A stretch of 64,000 nucleotides of DNA from an uncultured Acidimicrobiaceae bacterium (GCA_963804265.1 CAWDPZ010000050.1:12585-76584), one strand, 5' to 3'. Numbered from the stretch's first letter, positions 1-11,380 are shown. Notes: a model not told the origin generated them from the letters alone. Numbers and translations are program-made.

Positions 1-145
1 CGCGTGAAGGGGCGCAGAGGTGGACCGACGGCTCGATGAGCGCGCCCGGGTCGGGATCGAACTCGAGGATGGGGTAGGCGGCGCCGACCAGACGTCCCGG
101 AGCCGGATCCGGCGCCGCCTCGAGAGCTCCCGGTGTGGGAGCCAT
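1..145 (-). CDS. 5' fragment of a probable nucleoside phosphorylase-family protein (runs off window)
   Basis: ATG at 145 just after the ilvC stop. Hand translation MAPTPG...AYPILEFDPDPGALIEPS; the YPILEFD..ALIEP segment resembles N-termini of PNP/UDP-family proteins (from memory). Confidence 0.45.
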   Translation of the reverse strand, partial: MAPTPGALEAAPDPAPGRLVGAAYPILEFDPDPGALIEPSVHLCAPSR

Positions 146-147
146 GC

Positions 148-1173
148 CTAGCCGCCCGAGACGTCTTCGAGGCGCTGGCGCCCTGCGGTCACGAACGGCA
201 TCATCGCCCTGAGCTGGGCCCCGACGGTCTCGACGGGATGGGTCCTCCCGGCGTCGCGCAAGGCGTTGAATCTCGGCCGGCCCGCGCGGTCCTCCGCCAC
301 CCATTCCCTCGCGAACGTTCCGTCCTTGATCTCCGCCAGGATGCGGCGCATCTCGGCTCGCACGCTCTCGTCGATGATGCGTGGCCCCCTCGTGAGATCT
401 CCGTACTCGGCTGTGTCCGACACGGAAAAGCGCATGCCGGCGATGCCCTGCTCGTACATGAGGTCGACGATGAGCTTCAGCTCGTGCAGGCACTCGAAGT
501 AGGCCGACTCGGGCTGGTAGCCCGCCTCGACCAGCGTCTCGAAACCCGCCATGACGAGCGCGGTGAGGCCGCCGCAGAGGACGACCTGCTCACCGAACAG
601 GTCGGTCTCGGTCTCCTCCTCGAAAGTCGTCTCGAGCACGCCGGCCCGCGTCGCTCCGAGGGCGTCCGCGTAGGAGAGCGCCAGCTCCATCGCCTTGCCC
701 GATGCGTCGGCCGATACGGCGATGAGCGATGGCACTCCCCCGCCCTCGGTGTAGGTGCGGCGCACGAGGTGTCCCGGCCCTTTGGGGGCGACCATGGCGA
801 CGTCGACACCCGGAGGCGGGCTGATGAGGCCGAAGCGGATGTTGAAGCCATGGGCGAAGAACACGGCGTCGCCGTCGGCGAGGTGCGGGGCGATCTCGGC
901 CTCGTAGACCTTCGCCTGCTCGGTGTCGGGAAGAAGGATCATCACGAGGTCGGCTTCTGCCGCCGCCTCGGCCACCTCCAGCACCCGTAGTCCTGCCGCC
1001 TCGGCTTTGGAACGCGACGACGATCCTGCGCGGAGACCGACACGCACGTCGACCCCGGAATCGTGGAGGTTCAGAGCGTGCGCGTGGCCCTGAGAGCCGT
1101 AGCCGATTACCGCCACCTTGCGCGAACGCACCAGAGATGGGTTCGCGTCGTCCTCGTAGTAGAGCTTGGCCAT
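148..1173 (-). CDS. ilvC: Ketol-acid reductoisomerase
   Basis: [50 protein letters not shown] motifs; intact 341 aa. Confidence 0.98.
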   Translation of the reverse strand: MAKLYYEDDANPSLVRSRKVAVIGYGSQGHAHALNLHDSGVDVRVGLRAGSSSRSKAEAAGLRVLEVAEAAAEADLVMILLPDTEQAKVYEAEIAPHLADGDAVFFAHGFNIRFGLISPPPGVDVAMVAPKGPGHLVRRTYTEGGGVPSLIAVSADASGKAMELALSYADALGATRAGVLETTFEEETETDLFGEQVVLCGGLTALVMAGFETLVEAGYQPESAYFECLHELKLIVDLMYEQGIAGMRFSVSDTAEYGDLTRGPRIIDESVRAEMRRILAEIKDGTFAREWVAEDRAGRPRFNALRDAGRTHPVETVGAQLRAMMPFVTAGRQRLEDVSGG

Positions 1174-1248
1174 GACTCCTGTCCTTGTGGCTGATCGATG
1201 TTCTGCGTCGGGGTCTGCGGGGCGTGGAGGGACCGCCCCGGAACCGTA

Positions 1249-1803
1249 CTAAGCGATGTGGGATGCCGTCACGGTCGCCCCTCCGGCCGCCGATCCCCGG
1301 TCGAGCTTGGGAAGGGCGATCCGGCCGCTCCTTTGCAGCCCGGCGATCCCATACGGCTTCATCAGCGACTCGAAATCGTCGAGCACCTCCGGCGTGCCCG
1401 CCACCATGACTGTGATGGCCTCGTGCCCGACGTCGACGATCCGCCCGGCGAAGACGCCGACGAGCTGGATCACCTGTGAGCGCTGACTGGCGTCAGCGAC
1501 GACGCTTACGAGCAGGAGCTCGGCTTCGCGAGCCTCGTCGGGGTGGAGCTCGCCGATCTCGACCACGTTGATGAGCTTGTCGAGCTGCGCCACGACCTGC
1601 TCGAGCGGCGCCGAGTCGACGTCCACCACGATCGAGATCCGGGAGAAGCGCTCGTTGTCTGTGGGCGCGACGGCGAGGGAGAAGATGTTGTAGCCGCGCC
1701 GTGAGAACAGACCGGCGACGCGGGCGAGCACTCCGGCCTTGTTCTCGACCAGGACCGAGAGAAGGCGGTGGCGGGGACCGGTCGGCGTGTAGGGCTTGGT
1801 CAT
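1249..1803 (-). CDS. ilvN: Acetolactate synthase small (regulatory) subunit
   Basis: MTKPY...LSVLVENKAGVLARVAGLFSRRGYNIFSL ACT domain; ATG overlaps the ilvB stop. Confidence 0.96.
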   Translation of the reverse strand: MTKPYTPTGPRHRLLSVLVENKAGVLARVAGLFSRRGYNIFSLAVAPTDNERFSRISIVVDVDSAPLEQVVAQLDKLINVVEIGELHPDEAREAELLLVSVVADASQRSQVIQLVGVFAGRIVDVGHEAITVMVAGTPEVLDDFESLMKPYGIAGLQRSGRIALPKLDRGSAAGGATVTASHIA

Positions 1804-3569
1804 CGCAACGCCTCGGCGCCGGGAACACGCTGGGAGGGGTGAACGACGATGTCGTCGTTCGACGAACCTGCGGGCACCATCGGGAAGACCTGCTCCATGG
1901 AGTCGGTCCGGAAGTCGATCACCACCGGGCGGTCGTCGATGTCGTTGGCCTTCTCGATCGCCGGAATCACCTCTTCGGCGCTCTCCACCCGCAGGCCGAC
2001 GCATCCCATCGCCTCGGCCCACCCGACGTAATCGGGGAGGTCGGGCGACAGGTAGACCTCCGAGTAGCGCTCCTCGTAGAACATGTGCTGCCACTGGCGC
2101 ACCATCCCGAGGTAGGCGTTGTTCAAGATGGCGATCTTGACAGGGATGCGCTCGGCGGTGGCGGTGGCGAGCTCCTGGGCCGTCATCTGGAAACAGCCGT
2201 CGCCGTCCACGGCCCACACCATGCGGTCGGGGCGGCCGACCTTGGCGCCGATCGCCGCCGGCACCGCGAAGCCCATCGTCCCGAGGCCCCCGGAGTTGAT
2301 CCATGTCCTCGGATACTCAAAGCCCCAGTGCTGGGAGGCCCACATCTGATGCTGGCCCACGCCGGAGACGAGGATCGTGTCTCTCGGCGTCGTGGCTCTG
2401 AGCGCTTCAATGACGAACTGCGGCTTGAGCGTGGGACGCCGCCCCACTCCGGACATGGAGAGCTCCGCCCGGTCGGGCTCGGAGCGGTCGTAGGTGTACG
2501 GGTACTCCGCCTGCCAGCTCTTGAGCGTCTCCATCCAAGGCGCGAGGCGGCCGTGATCGGCGGGCCCGGCCGCCCTGATCGTCTCCACGAGAGCCTCGAT
2601 GGCAAGGCGGCAGTCTGCGACGATGCCGACGTCGGGCCGACGCACCTTGCCGATCTCGGCCTTGTCGATGTCGACATGGATGACCTTGGCCCCCGGGGCG
2701 AAGGCGGAGACCTTGCCGGTCACGCGGTCGTCGAAGCGGCTGCCGAGGGCGATCAGCAGGTCCGACTTCTGCATGGACGTCACGGCCGTGTAATTGCCGT
2801 GCATCCCGGGCATCCCGAGGCAGAGCGGATGGCTGTCGGGGAAGCAGCCCCGCGCCATGAGCGTCGTCACCACGGGAATGCCGGTCAGCTCGGCCAGCTC
2901 GCGCAGCACGTCTGCGGCATTGGACTTCAAGATGCCGCCGCCGGCGTAGATGACGGGTCTCTCGGCTTGCATCACGAGCGCGGCCGCCGCCCTTATCGCG
3001 GCCAGGTCAGGATGCGAGGCCGGACGGTATCCGGGCAGATCGACCCCGTCGGGCCAGTACCACTCCATCGTCGAGGTGGCCACGTCTTTCGGGAAGTCGA
3101 TGAGCACCGGGCCGGGACGGCCCGTGGTCGCGATGTGGAAGGCCTCGCGGACGACCTGGGGGATGTCGGCCGCCTTCGTGACGAGAAAGTTGTGCTTGGT
3201 GACGCCGAGGGTGATCCCGGTCGTGTCGCTCTCCTGGAAGGCGTCGGTGCCGATCGCCTGCGTCGACACCTGGCCGGTGACACAGACGAACGGGATCGAG
3301 TCCATGTAGGCGTCGGCGAGGGCGGTGACGACGTTCGTGGCGCCCGGGCCGCTCGTGACCATGGCCACCCCCGGGCGGCCCGTGGCCTGGGCGTACCCCT
3401 CTGCCATGTGACCCGCACCCTGCTCGTGCCTGACGAGGATGTGCCGGATGGGCGAGTCGATGATGGGGTCGTACACGGGAAGGATCGCCCCACCTGGAAG
3501 GCCGAAGATGACCTCGACCTCTTGCATCTCGAGGCTCTTCACAAGGGCTTGTGCTCCGGTGAGCTCCAT
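1800..3569 (-). CDS. ilvB: Acetolactate synthase large subunit
   Basis: MELTGAQALV..FGLPGGAILP, RHEQGAGHMAEGYA, GDGCFQM..NN ThDP motif; start at MELTG with an upstream AGAGGAAAG SD-like sequence. Confidence 0.97.
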   Translation of the reverse strand: MELTGAQALVKSLEMQEVEVIFGLPGGAILPVYDPIIDSPIRHILVRHEQGAGHMAEGYAQATGRPGVAMVTSGPGATNVVTALADAYMDSIPFVCVTGQVSTQAIGTDAFQESDTTGITLGVTKHNFLVTKAADIPQVVREAFHIATTGRPGPVLIDFPKDVATSTMEWYWPDGVDLPGYRPASHPDLAAIRAAAALVMQAERPVIYAGGGILKSNAADVLRELAELTGIPVVTTLMARGCFPDSHPLCLGMPGMHGNYTAVTSMQKSDLLIALGSRFDDRVTGKVSAFAPGAKVIHVDIDKAEIGKVRRPDVGIVADCRLAIEALVETIRAAGPADHGRLAPWMETLKSWQAEYPYTYDRSEPDRAELSMSGVGRRPTLKPQFVIEALRATTPRDTILVSGVGQHQMWASQHWGFEYPRTWINSGGLGTMGFAVPAAIGAKVGRPDRMVWAVDGDGCFQMTAQELATATAERIPVKIAILNNAYLGMVRQWQHMFYEERYSEVYLSPDLPDYVGWAEAMGCVGLRVESAEEVIPAIEKANDIDDRPVVIDFRTDSMEQVFPMVPAGSSNDDIVVHPSQRVPGAEALR

Positions 3570-3660
3570 CGGGGCTTTCCTCTCACTCTTCTCGTCGGGT
3601 TGGTGGGTCGCGGGCTGTTGACTGATGTTCGCAGGGCGGCTGGCCGAGTGCGCTGATGCC

Positions 3661-3694
3661 GGAAAACGAAACGACCTCCCCTTCGGGGAGGTCG
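3661..3694 (-). terminator. Intrinsic terminator hairpin of the ilvB attenuator
   Basis: Minus strand CGACCTCCCC-GAA-GGGGAGGTCG (perfect 10-bp stem, 3672-3694) followed by TTTCGTTTT. Confidence 0.85.
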
Positions 3695-3724
3695 CAGGCG
3701 CAACAACGCGAGAGGCGTTGTGCG

Positions 3725-3760
3725 CTAGGTGATAAGTACGAGGCTGCCGTGGGCGGTCAT
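3725..3760 (-). promoter_or_regulatory. ilvB attenuator leader peptide MTAHGSLVLIT
   Basis: 11-codon ORF ending in Leu-Val-Leu-Ile-Thr, followed by a hairpin (3698-3725) and a terminator, upstream of ilvBNC. Confidence 0.8.
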
Positions 3761-3849
3761 CGCCGACAAGTGTCGCAGAGGCGGTGGCGATCCGCAACCC
3801 GCGCGACCGTGGCCGTCCGCGGTGGCTCCCCGCTCGTGGCGCCGCACGG

Positions 3850-5541
3850 CTATGGCTCGGTGATGGCGCCCCGTTCCGCGCCGACGACAAGACGGGCGTA
3901 CTTGGCGAGCACCCCGCTCCGATAGCGGGGCTCGGGTGGCTGCCACCGCTCCCGGCGGCGTTCGAGCTCAGCGGGCTCGACGACGACCTCGAGACGCCCT
4001 GTGTGGGCGTCGAGCACGATCTCGTCTCCGTCTTCCACGAGGCCGATCGGACCCCCGACGGCAGCCTCGGGCGCGACGTGCCCGATGCAGAAGCCCTGGG
4101 TGCCCCCCGAGAAACGCCCGTCGGTGACCAGGGCGCAGTCTCCTCCCCTGCCGGCGCCCGTCATGGCGCCCGTGACCGCCAGCATCTCGCGCATGCCCGG
4201 GCCCCCCTTCGGCCCTTCGTAGCGGATGACGACGACGGTTCCCGGGGTGATGCTGCCGACGAGGATGGCCTCCATGGCCGCTGCCTCGCCGTCGAAGACG
4301 CGGGCGCGGCCGGTGAAAGACAGCGTCCCGTCGATGCCCGCGACCTTCACCACCGCACCCTCGGGCGCGAGCGAACCGCGGAGGATGGCGATGCCGCCGT
4401 CGGCGTGGATCGGTTCGGCGAAGGTGTGGACGACCGACCCGTCAGGAGCCGGCGGGTCGAGGTCGGCGAGGTTCTCGGCCATCGTCTTGCCGGTGACCGT
4501 GAGGCAGTCGCCGTCGACCAGACCCTCTTCCATGAGGGTGCGGAGCACGACGGCGACGCCGCCGATGCGGTCCAGGTCCGTCATGTGGTACTTGCCGTGC
4601 GGCTTCATGTCCGCGAGGTGGGGCACGTTGCGGCCGATACGGGAGAAGTCGTCCAGGTGGAGCTCGACCCTGGCCTCGTTGGCGATGGCCAGCAGGTGGA
4701 GCACGGCGTTGGTCGAGCCTCCGAGCGCCATGACCGTCGCGATGGCGTTCTCGAAGGACCGCTTCGTCATGATCTGGCGAGGCCGAATCCCCTTTTCGAG
4801 CAAGGCGATCACAGCCAGTCCGCTCGCGTACGCGAGATCGTCCCGCCGGCGGTCGACCGCCGGCGCCGATGCGCCCGCCGGGAGGGCCATGCCGAGCGCC
4901 TCGGCGACCGAAGCCATCGTGTTGGCTGTGAACATGCCCGCGCAGGAGCCTTCGCTCGGGCATGCGTTGCGCTCGATCGCCAGCAGCTCGGCATCGTCGA
5001 TCGTGCCCGCAGAGCGTGCCCCGACCGCCTCGAAGACCGAGACGACGTCGAGGGCGCGACCACCGAGCTGTCCCGGAAGGATCGTGCCGCCGTAGACGAA
5101 GACCATGGGCAGGTCGAGCCGGCCGGCTGCCATCAGCATCCCGGGCAGCGACTTGTCGCATCCCGCGAGGCCGACGAAGGCGTCGAAGCGCTCGGCGTGC
5201 ATCATCGCCTCGACCGAGTCGGCGATGATCTCCCGGCTCACAAGCGATGCGTGCATCCCCTCGTGGCCCATGGCGATGCCGTCGGAGACGGCGATGGTCA
5301 CGAACTCGAAGGGAAATCCGCCGGCGGCGCGGACGCCGTCTTTTGTCCGCTGGGCGAGCCGGGCAAGGGGGAGGTTGCAAGGCGTCACCTCGTTCCAGGT
5401 GGAGGCGACTCCGACCTGGGGCTTTTCGAAGTCGGCGTCGGTCATCCCGACCACGCGCAGCATCGCCCACGACGGAGCCCGGCGGAAGCCCTCGGTGACG
5501 TCCTGGCTGTGGATCTTGAGCGAGCGGATCTTGTCAGTCAT
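3850..5541 (-). CDS. ilvD: Dihydroxy-acid dehydratase
   Basis: [53 protein letters not shown] motifs. Confidence 0.98.
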   Translation of the reverse strand: MTDKIRSLKIHSQDVTEGFRRAPSWAMLRVVGMTDADFEKPQVGVASTWNEVTPCNLPLARLAQRTKDGVRAAGGFPFEFVTIAVSDGIAMGHEGMHASLVSREIIADSVEAMMHAERFDAFVGLAGCDKSLPGMLMAAGRLDLPMVFVYGGTILPGQLGGRALDVVSVFEAVGARSAGTIDDAELLAIERNACPSEGSCAGMFTANTMASVAEALGMALPAGASAPAVDRRRDDLAYASGLAVIALLEKGIRPRQIMTKRSFENAIATVMALGGSTNAVLHLLAIANEARVELHLDDFSRIGRNVPHLADMKPHGKYHMTDLDRIGGVAVVLRTLMEEGLVDGDCLTVTGKTMAENLADLDPPAPDGSVVHTFAEPIHADGGIAILRGSLAPEGAVVKVAGIDGTLSFTGRARVFDGEAAAMEAILVGSITPGTVVVIRYEGPKGGPGMREMLAVTGAMTGAGRGGDCALVTDGRFSGGTQGFCIGHVAPEAAVGGPIGLVEDGDEIVLDAHTGRLEVVVEPAELERRRERWQPPEPRYRSGVLAKYARLVVGAERGAITEP

Positions 5542-7114
5542 CGGGCCTCAAACTACCCGGCCGTCGGCCGCCGACCCGACCGGCGCCTGACGGCCTCTGA
5601 AACTGCGCCTCTGAACTCGCCCCTCGAACTTGGCGGCCTCTGAACCTGCGGCCCTGAAACTTGGCGCCTCTAAGCTTGCGGCGCGAGGCGAACGCCGCCG
5701 CGACCAGCTTGCCGTTCGCCCGTCCCTTCGAGGCGCGCATCACCTGGCCGAGAAGGAACTGCGCCACCTTGTCGTCCCCGCCGCAGAAGCGCTGCCACTC
5801 CTCGGGGTTGGCGTTGATCACCTCGTCCACCATCGCCTCGAACGCCGAGGAGTCCATCTGCTCGTAGCCGAGGCGGCCGGCGATCTGGGCCGGGTCGCCA
5901 CCTTGGCTCATGAGCTCGGCGAGCACCTCTTTGGACTGCGTCGCCGACAGCTGGCCGGCCGACTCCATCTTCACCAGCGCCGCAAAGGCTGCCGGATCAA
6001 GGCTCTTCGCCCCTTCCGGGTTGGCGGCGGCCTCGTTCGCGGCCCTCGCCAGGGCGAGCCGCGGGTCGGCCCCGGCCGCCACGGCGTCGCGGACGAGGTC
6101 GTCCAGACCGAGGTCCACGACCGTCACGACCTGGTCGGTCGAGCCGTCGCGGCGCGTGGCCAGCTCGGCGTCACCGGCCAGGAGCGCCGAGAGCCGGTGG
6201 CGGCGCTCGGCGGGCATGGGCCCGACGCCCTCGGCGGCAGCCGCGAGGAGCCCTGCGTCGGGCACGAGAGGCGTGAGATCGGGCTCGGGGAAGTAGCGGT
6301 AGTCGTTCGCCTCTTCCTTGGAGCGAAGGGAGTGGGTGCTGCCGTCCCCCTCGTCCCAGTGGCGTGTCTCCTGGGCGATCCGCTCGCCGGACTCGACGAG
6401 GGCGGTCTGGCGAGCCACCTCGTAGTCGACCGCCCGCTCGAGCGAGCGCAGCGAGTTCAGGTTCTTCACCTCGCATCGCGTCCCGTACTCGGTCGCGCCG
6501 ACCGGGCGCACCGAGACGTTGGCGTCGACGCGCAGCGACCCCTCCTCCATGCGGCCGTCGGAGGCACCGGTCGCGACCAGGATCGAGCGCAGCTCGTCGA
6601 CGTAGGCCCGAGCTTGAGCCGCGGAGCCGATGTCGGGGCGGGAGACGATCTCGACGAGGGGCACCCCGGCGCGGTTGTAGTCCACGAGGGAGTAGCCGGC
6701 CTCGTGGATGCGGCCGCCGCCGCCGACATGGGTCGTCTTGCCGGTGTCCTCTTCCATGTGGGCTCGTTCGATGCCGACTCGAGACCCGTCCGGCAGCTCC
6801 AGCCATCCGTCGACGTTGATCGGCTCGTCGTACTGGCTGATCTGGTAGTCCTTCGGCATGTCGGGATAGAAGTAGTTCTTGCGGTGGAAGATCGAGCGCT
6901 CCGGGCGGCAGTTGAGGGCCGTGCCGATCCTCAGGGCGAGCTCGACTGCCCGCCGGTTGAGCACGGGCAGCGAGCCGGGCAGCCCGAGACAGACGGGGCA
7001 GATGTTCGTGTTCGGTTCGTCCCCGAAGGCGTTCCGGCAACCGCAGAAGAGCTTGGTCGCCGTCAAGAGCTCGCAGTGCACCTCGAGGCCGACCACGGTC
7101 TCGTAATCGGTCAT
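5534..7114 (-). CDS. gatB: Asp-tRNA(Asn)/Glu-tRNA(Gln) amidotransferase subunit B (3' end uncertain)
   Basis: [61 protein letters not shown]. Confidence 0.97.
   Translation of the reverse strand: MTDYETVVGLEVHCELLTATKLFCGCRNAFGDEPNTNICPVCLGLPGSLPVLNRRAVELALRIGTALNCRPERSIFHRKNYFYPDMPKDYQISQYDEPINVDGWLELPDGSRVGIERAHMEEDTGKTTHVGGGGRIHEAGYSLVDYNRAGVPLVEIVSRPDIGSAAQARAYVDELRSILVATGASDGRMEEGSLRVDANVSVRPVGATEYGTRCEVKNLNSLRSLERAVDYEVARQTALVESGERIAQETRHWDEGDGSTHSLRSKEEANDYRYFPEPDLTPLVPDAGLLAAAAEGVGPMPAERRHRLSALLAGDAELATRRDGSTDQVVTVVDLGLDDLVRDAVAAGADPRLALARAANEAAANPEGAKSLDPAAFAALVKMESAGQLSATQSKEVLAELMSQGGDPAQIAGRLGYEQMDSSAFEAMVDEVINANPEEWQRFCGGDDKVAQFLLGQVMRASKGRANGKLVAAAFASRRKLRGAKFQGRRFRGRQVRGASSEAQFQRPSGAGRVGGRRPGSLRPDD
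5593..5680. repeat. Degenerate tandem repeat, six units of 14-15 nt (consensus ~GCCTCTGAACTTGCG)
   Basis: Units: gcctctgaaactgc, gcctctgaactcgc, ccctcgaacttggcg, gcctctgaacctgcg, gccctgaaacttggc, gcctctaagcttgcg. Confidence 0.8.
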
Positions 7115-8577
7115 GGCGTCACCGGGCCTCTCGCGGCACGTGGCGCGGCCGTCTCCAGACTGGCGGCGACGCGCATCATCACCGACTCGCCGAGAGCCGG
7201 GGCGAGAACCTGGATCCCGATCGGCAACCCTTCGGAGCTCAGTGCGAAGGGCACGCTGGCGGCGGGATGACCGGCAAGGCTGGACGGGATGGAGCACAGG
7301 TCGCACATGTACATCTCGATGGGATCGGCGACCTTGGACCCGAACGGGAAGGCGACCGACGGCGTCGTCGGGGTCAACAGGACGTCGAAGTTCTTGTACG
7401 CGGCCTCGAAGGCCCGGATGACAAGTGTGCGGGCCTTCTGCGCCTGGCCGTAGTAGGCGTCGTAGTAACCGGCCGACAGGGCGTAGGTGCCCATCATGAT
7501 GCGACGCTTCACCTCGGGCCCGAAGCCCTCGCCGCGTGTCCGGGCGTTCATCGTCTCGACATCGGGCCCGTCGACACGGAGCCCGTAGCGGACGCCGTCA
7601 TAGCGCGACAGGTTCGAGGACGCCTCGGCGGGCGCGATCACGTAGTAGGCAGGCAGCCCGAGGAGCAGTTCAGGGATGGCGACCTGGTCCACCTTGGCTC
7701 CTGCGGCCGACAGGGCTTCGGCGGCGGCGACAACAGCGTCGCGGCAGTCCGAGCCGACCGACATGAAGTCCTCGACGATCCCGATCCGCAGGCCTTCCAC
7801 GCCGTCGCCGAGGGTGGAGAGCAAGCTGGGCGCCGGGCGCTCGAGCGAGGTGGAGTCCATCGGGTCGTGACCGGCGATCACCTCCAGTCCAAGCGCGGCA
7901 TCGGCGACCGTTGTCGCGAAAGGCCCGATCTGGTCGAGCGAGGAGGCAAAGGCGATCAGCCCGTACCGGGACACGAGCCCGTAGGTGGGCTTGACCCCGA
8001 CGATCCCGCAGAGCGCCGCGGGCTGGCGGATGGACCCGCCCGTGTCGCTTCCGAACGAGAGCGGCACCATCCCCGCCGCAACCGCCGCCGCGCTGCCGCC
8101 TGACGATCCACCGGGGACGCGCCCGGTGTCCCACGGGTTCTTCGTCGGGCCCGAAGGCGGAGTTCTCCGTCGAGGAGCCCATGGCGAACTCGTCGAGGTT
8201 CGTCTTGCCGACCGCGATCGCGCCCGCCTCCCGGAGCCGGCGCACGACGGTCGCGTCGTAAGGCGGCAGCCATCCCTCGAGGATCTTCGAGCTGCAGGTC
8301 GTCGCAACGCCCTCGGTGCAGAGGTTGTCCTTGAGGGCGACAGGCACGCCCGCGAGAGGCCCGGGGTCCGTCCCCGCGGACCAGGTGGTCGATGTGGTCG
8401 GCGTCCTCCATCGCGGCCTGCTCGGTCACGGCGTTGAAGCAGTGCAGGTCACCCTCCAGCTCGCGGATGCGGTCGAGCGACTGCGAGAGGACCGCCCTCG
8501 CGCTCGAGCGTGCCTGAGCGGACTCGCTCTGCTATCTCGAGAAGGGAGCCGAACTCAAGAGCCGGCCGCGTGCTCAC
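7111..8577 (-). CDS. gatA: Amidotransferase subunit A (frameshifted in assembly)
   Basis: Across frames: [64 protein letters not shown]; GTG start overlaps the gatC stop. Confidence 0.95.
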
Positions 8578-8886
8578 GGTGCCTCCCCCATGATGCGGGG
8601 TACCCGGAAGCGGTTGCTCTCAGCCACAGGGGCCTGGGCGAGCACCCACTCCCGGTCGAGGCTCGGCACCTCAGTATCGGGGCGCAGCACGTTCTCGACG
8701 GGGAACGGGTGCGCGGTCGGCGGCACGTCGGCGGTGTCAAGCCGGCGGACGGCGTCGACGGCCTCCAAGATGGCCGACAGCTGCACGGCGTAGCGGGCGA
8801 CCTCGTCGTCGTCGAGGGCAAGCCTGGCCGAGACGCGCCACGTGCCTCACGTCCTCGGGCGTGATGAGGCGTTCCGGCGTAGTCAT
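8574..8886 (-). CDS. gatC: Amidotransferase subunit C (frameshifted)
   Basis: MTTPERLITPEDVRHVARL... joined to QLSAILEAVD..VPPTAHP..NVLRPD..FRVPRIM. Confidence 0.92.
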
Positions 8887-9641
8887 CGGAGCACCGCCAC
8901 CTTGTTGACGAACTCGACGGCACGCGCCTCGATCTCGGGGGCGTCGTGGTCCAAGGTGGCGACGTGGAAGCTGCGTTCGAGCCAGACCCGCTCCACGCGG
9001 GCCTGCGGCGTTGGCGGCGAGAAAGTCACCAGACGACGAGGGCACGACGTGATCGTTGCGGCTCGACAACAGCAGCACCGGGCAACGCAGCTCCCCGAGG
9101 CCGGCCGCGATCGACGCTATGCCGTCGAACATCGAGAGCATCGGCGCGATCGGCGTGGCGTCATAGGCGGGCTCACGGGGGCGCCCGAGGGCGATGTCCG
9201 AGGCGATGGACGGGAGCAGGCCGCCTCCTTGTTCGAGCATCCCGGCCAGCATCTCGAGGAAGCTCGGAGCGGGAGGCTCCACAAGCGGGTTGACGACGAC
9301 GAGGCCGGCGATCTCCGGATGGCGCTCGGCGAGCCAGATGGCGAGCGAGCCACCCATCGACAGACCGGCTGCGAAGACCCGCTCGCTCCGGGCCGCGAGC
9401 GCCGCGTAGGCCGCGTCGGCGGCCGCCGACCAGTCGGCCCAGCCAGTTCGGACCATGTCCTCGACGCTCGTCCCGTGCCCGGGCAGCAGCGGCAGCTCGA
9501 CCGAGTAGCCCGCCGCCGCCAAGGCCATCGCCAGCGGGCGCATCGACTGCGGGCTGCCGGTGAAACCGTGGAGGACGACGACACCGACCGGACCACCCGC
9601 GAAGAGAAGGGCTCGGCACCGGCGAAGATTGGCGAGGGCAC
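8883..9641 (-). CDS. Alpha/beta-hydrolase (carboxylesterase/monoacylglycerol lipase-like), frameshifted
   Basis: LPGHGT, GLSMGG nucleophile elbow, DHVV; HGFTG and SFHVATLD seen in adjacent frames. Confidence 0.85.
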
Positions 9642-9823
9642 GCTCGCATCGTAATGCGTTGACCTCCTGTTGTTGGCAGGGCTTCGGACGGCTGCAGGGC
9701 GGCGGCGCCGGGGACCTGGCCGTGGGGCGGGCCCCGGGGCGGCCGGGGACCTGGCGGGATGCCGGCGTCGGCGGGCAAGGTAGTGTCCGCTACGAGCCGA
9801 CGGGGGGGAGCAGAGGAGCTGAC

Positions 9824-10231
9824 GTGGAGAAGTTTCCGTTTCTGAGCGATGAGTGGACCGTCGAGGTGAGGCGGGTGCACGACGAGATCGTCACCGAGCC
9901 CGCCACCACCGCCCAGAGCGTGCGCATGAACCTCGTCCTCGTCGAGGCTCCGCTCGGCGAGGGCACGATCGAAGCCCACGTGGACACGAGCTCGGGGGAC
10001 CTCGTCGTGGAGTCCGGACATCTCGAGTCCCCCGACCTCACCGTCACCGTGGACTACGCGACGGCGAAAGCGATCCTCGTCGACGGGGACACGCAGGCGG
10101 CGATACAGGCGTTCATGTCGGGGCGCATCAAGGTGGACGGCGACGTCTCCCAGCTCCTCAACATGCAGAACATGCCCGTGGACCCCGTCCATCTGGAGCT
10201 CGCGAGAAGAATCCGCGAGATCACCGCCTAG
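9824..10231 (+). CDS. SCP2 sterol-binding domain protein
   Basis: FPFLSDEW, PDLTVTVDY..A, AFMSGRIKVDGD; SD AGAGGAG upstream of the GTG. Confidence 0.82.
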   Translation: MEKFPFLSDEWTVEVRRVHDEIVTEPATTAQSVRMNLVLVEAPLGEGTIEAHVDTSSGDLVVESGHLESPDLTVTVDYATAKAILVDGDTQAAIQAFMSGRIKVDGDVSQLLNMQNMPVDPVHLELARRIREITA

Positions 10232-10247
10232 GCCTGCGGGCCCGCTC

Positions 10248-11163
10248 CTAGCGCGTCGGGGGTGCGGGTGCCGGCACCGGCACCTTGCCGACGAGCTTGG
10301 GAAGCTCGGCCGCGAGCTCGTCGACGGTCCAACGTCCCCCTTTGTCGATCCGGGCGCCGAGGGTCCAAGGCTGGAAGTGCTGCACGGTACCGCCCTGGAT
10401 GAAGAAGACCTTGCCGGTGAACGGGCAGGACTCGCCGGCCAGATAGGCGACGAGGGGCGAGACGTTGCCGGGGTCCCACGAGTCGAACACCTCCGGGTCC
10501 GCGGGCGGCTGCACGATGTCGCCGAGGCCCGGGGTCGACTCGGTGATACGCGAGCGGGCGGCGGGGACGATGGCGTTCACACGCACGCCGTAGCGGGAAA
10601 GCTCCTGGGCGGCGATGACGGTGAAGGCTGCGATCCCGGCCTTGGCCGTCCCGTAGTTCGACTGGCCGGGATTGCCCAGCAGCCCCGAGGTCGAGGAGGT
10701 GTTCACGACCGCCGCGCTGGGCTTCGCGCCCGCCTTGGACTGCTCGCGCCAGTACGTCGCGGCCCAGCGGGTCGGCACGAAATGGCCGTTCACGTTGACG
10801 TGCAATACGTGGTCCCACTCCTCGAGCGTCATGTTCACGAGGACCCTGTCGCCGATGATGCCGGCGTTGTTCACGAGTATGTGCAGCTCGCCGAAGGCCT
10901 CGAGGGCGGCGGTGACAACCCGGTGGCCGCCGTCCCAGTCCGAGACGTCCTCGGTGTTCGCGACCGCCTCTCCGCCCAGCTCCTTGATCTCGTCCACGAC
11001 CTTCTGGGCCGCCGTGCGGTCGTCACCGGCGCCGTTCACCGCGCAACCGAGGTCGTTGACGACGACCTTGGCGCCCTCGCTCGCGAACAACAAGCGCGTG
11101 CTCCCGGCCGATCCCGCGCCCCGCACCGGTGATGATCGCAACCCTGCCCTCGAGTGCACCCAT
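10248..11163 (-). CDS. Short-chain dehydrogenase/reductase (frameshifted near N-terminus)
   Basis: ITGAGRGIG, VVVNDLG, LVNNAGI, NYGTAK (YxxxK). Confidence 0.92.
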
Positions 11164-11318
11164 GACCGTGCCCTTCTTTCTTGTCGACCCGCCGCCACCC
11201 CGTAGCCCGGAGTGGGTGACCCTGCCGGCGACGGCACCCGTCGCCGTCTCCTGGCGCATTCAGCCTGCGCACCGCCACGTTGGCAGGATGCACCGCCCGG
11301 GGTCAAGCGGGATGCCCG

Positions 11319-11366
11319 GCGCCCGCGAAGCGGTGCGGGAGAGCCGGACCGCCTCACCGCGGGCGC
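11319..11366 (-). terminator. GC-rich hairpin downstream of the kinase gene (possible terminator, no U-tract)
   Basis: gcgcccgcg (11319-11327) pairs with cgcgggcgc (11358-11366), with an inner gcggt/accgc stem. Confidence 0.3.
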
Positions 11367-11380
11367 GACGCCTGGGACCG

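Noticed and set aside
5593-5680. Repeat tract as a mini-CRISPR
   Set aside because: Units are contiguous, 14-15 nt and degenerate, with no spacers and no cas genes. The same applies to 33968-34020.
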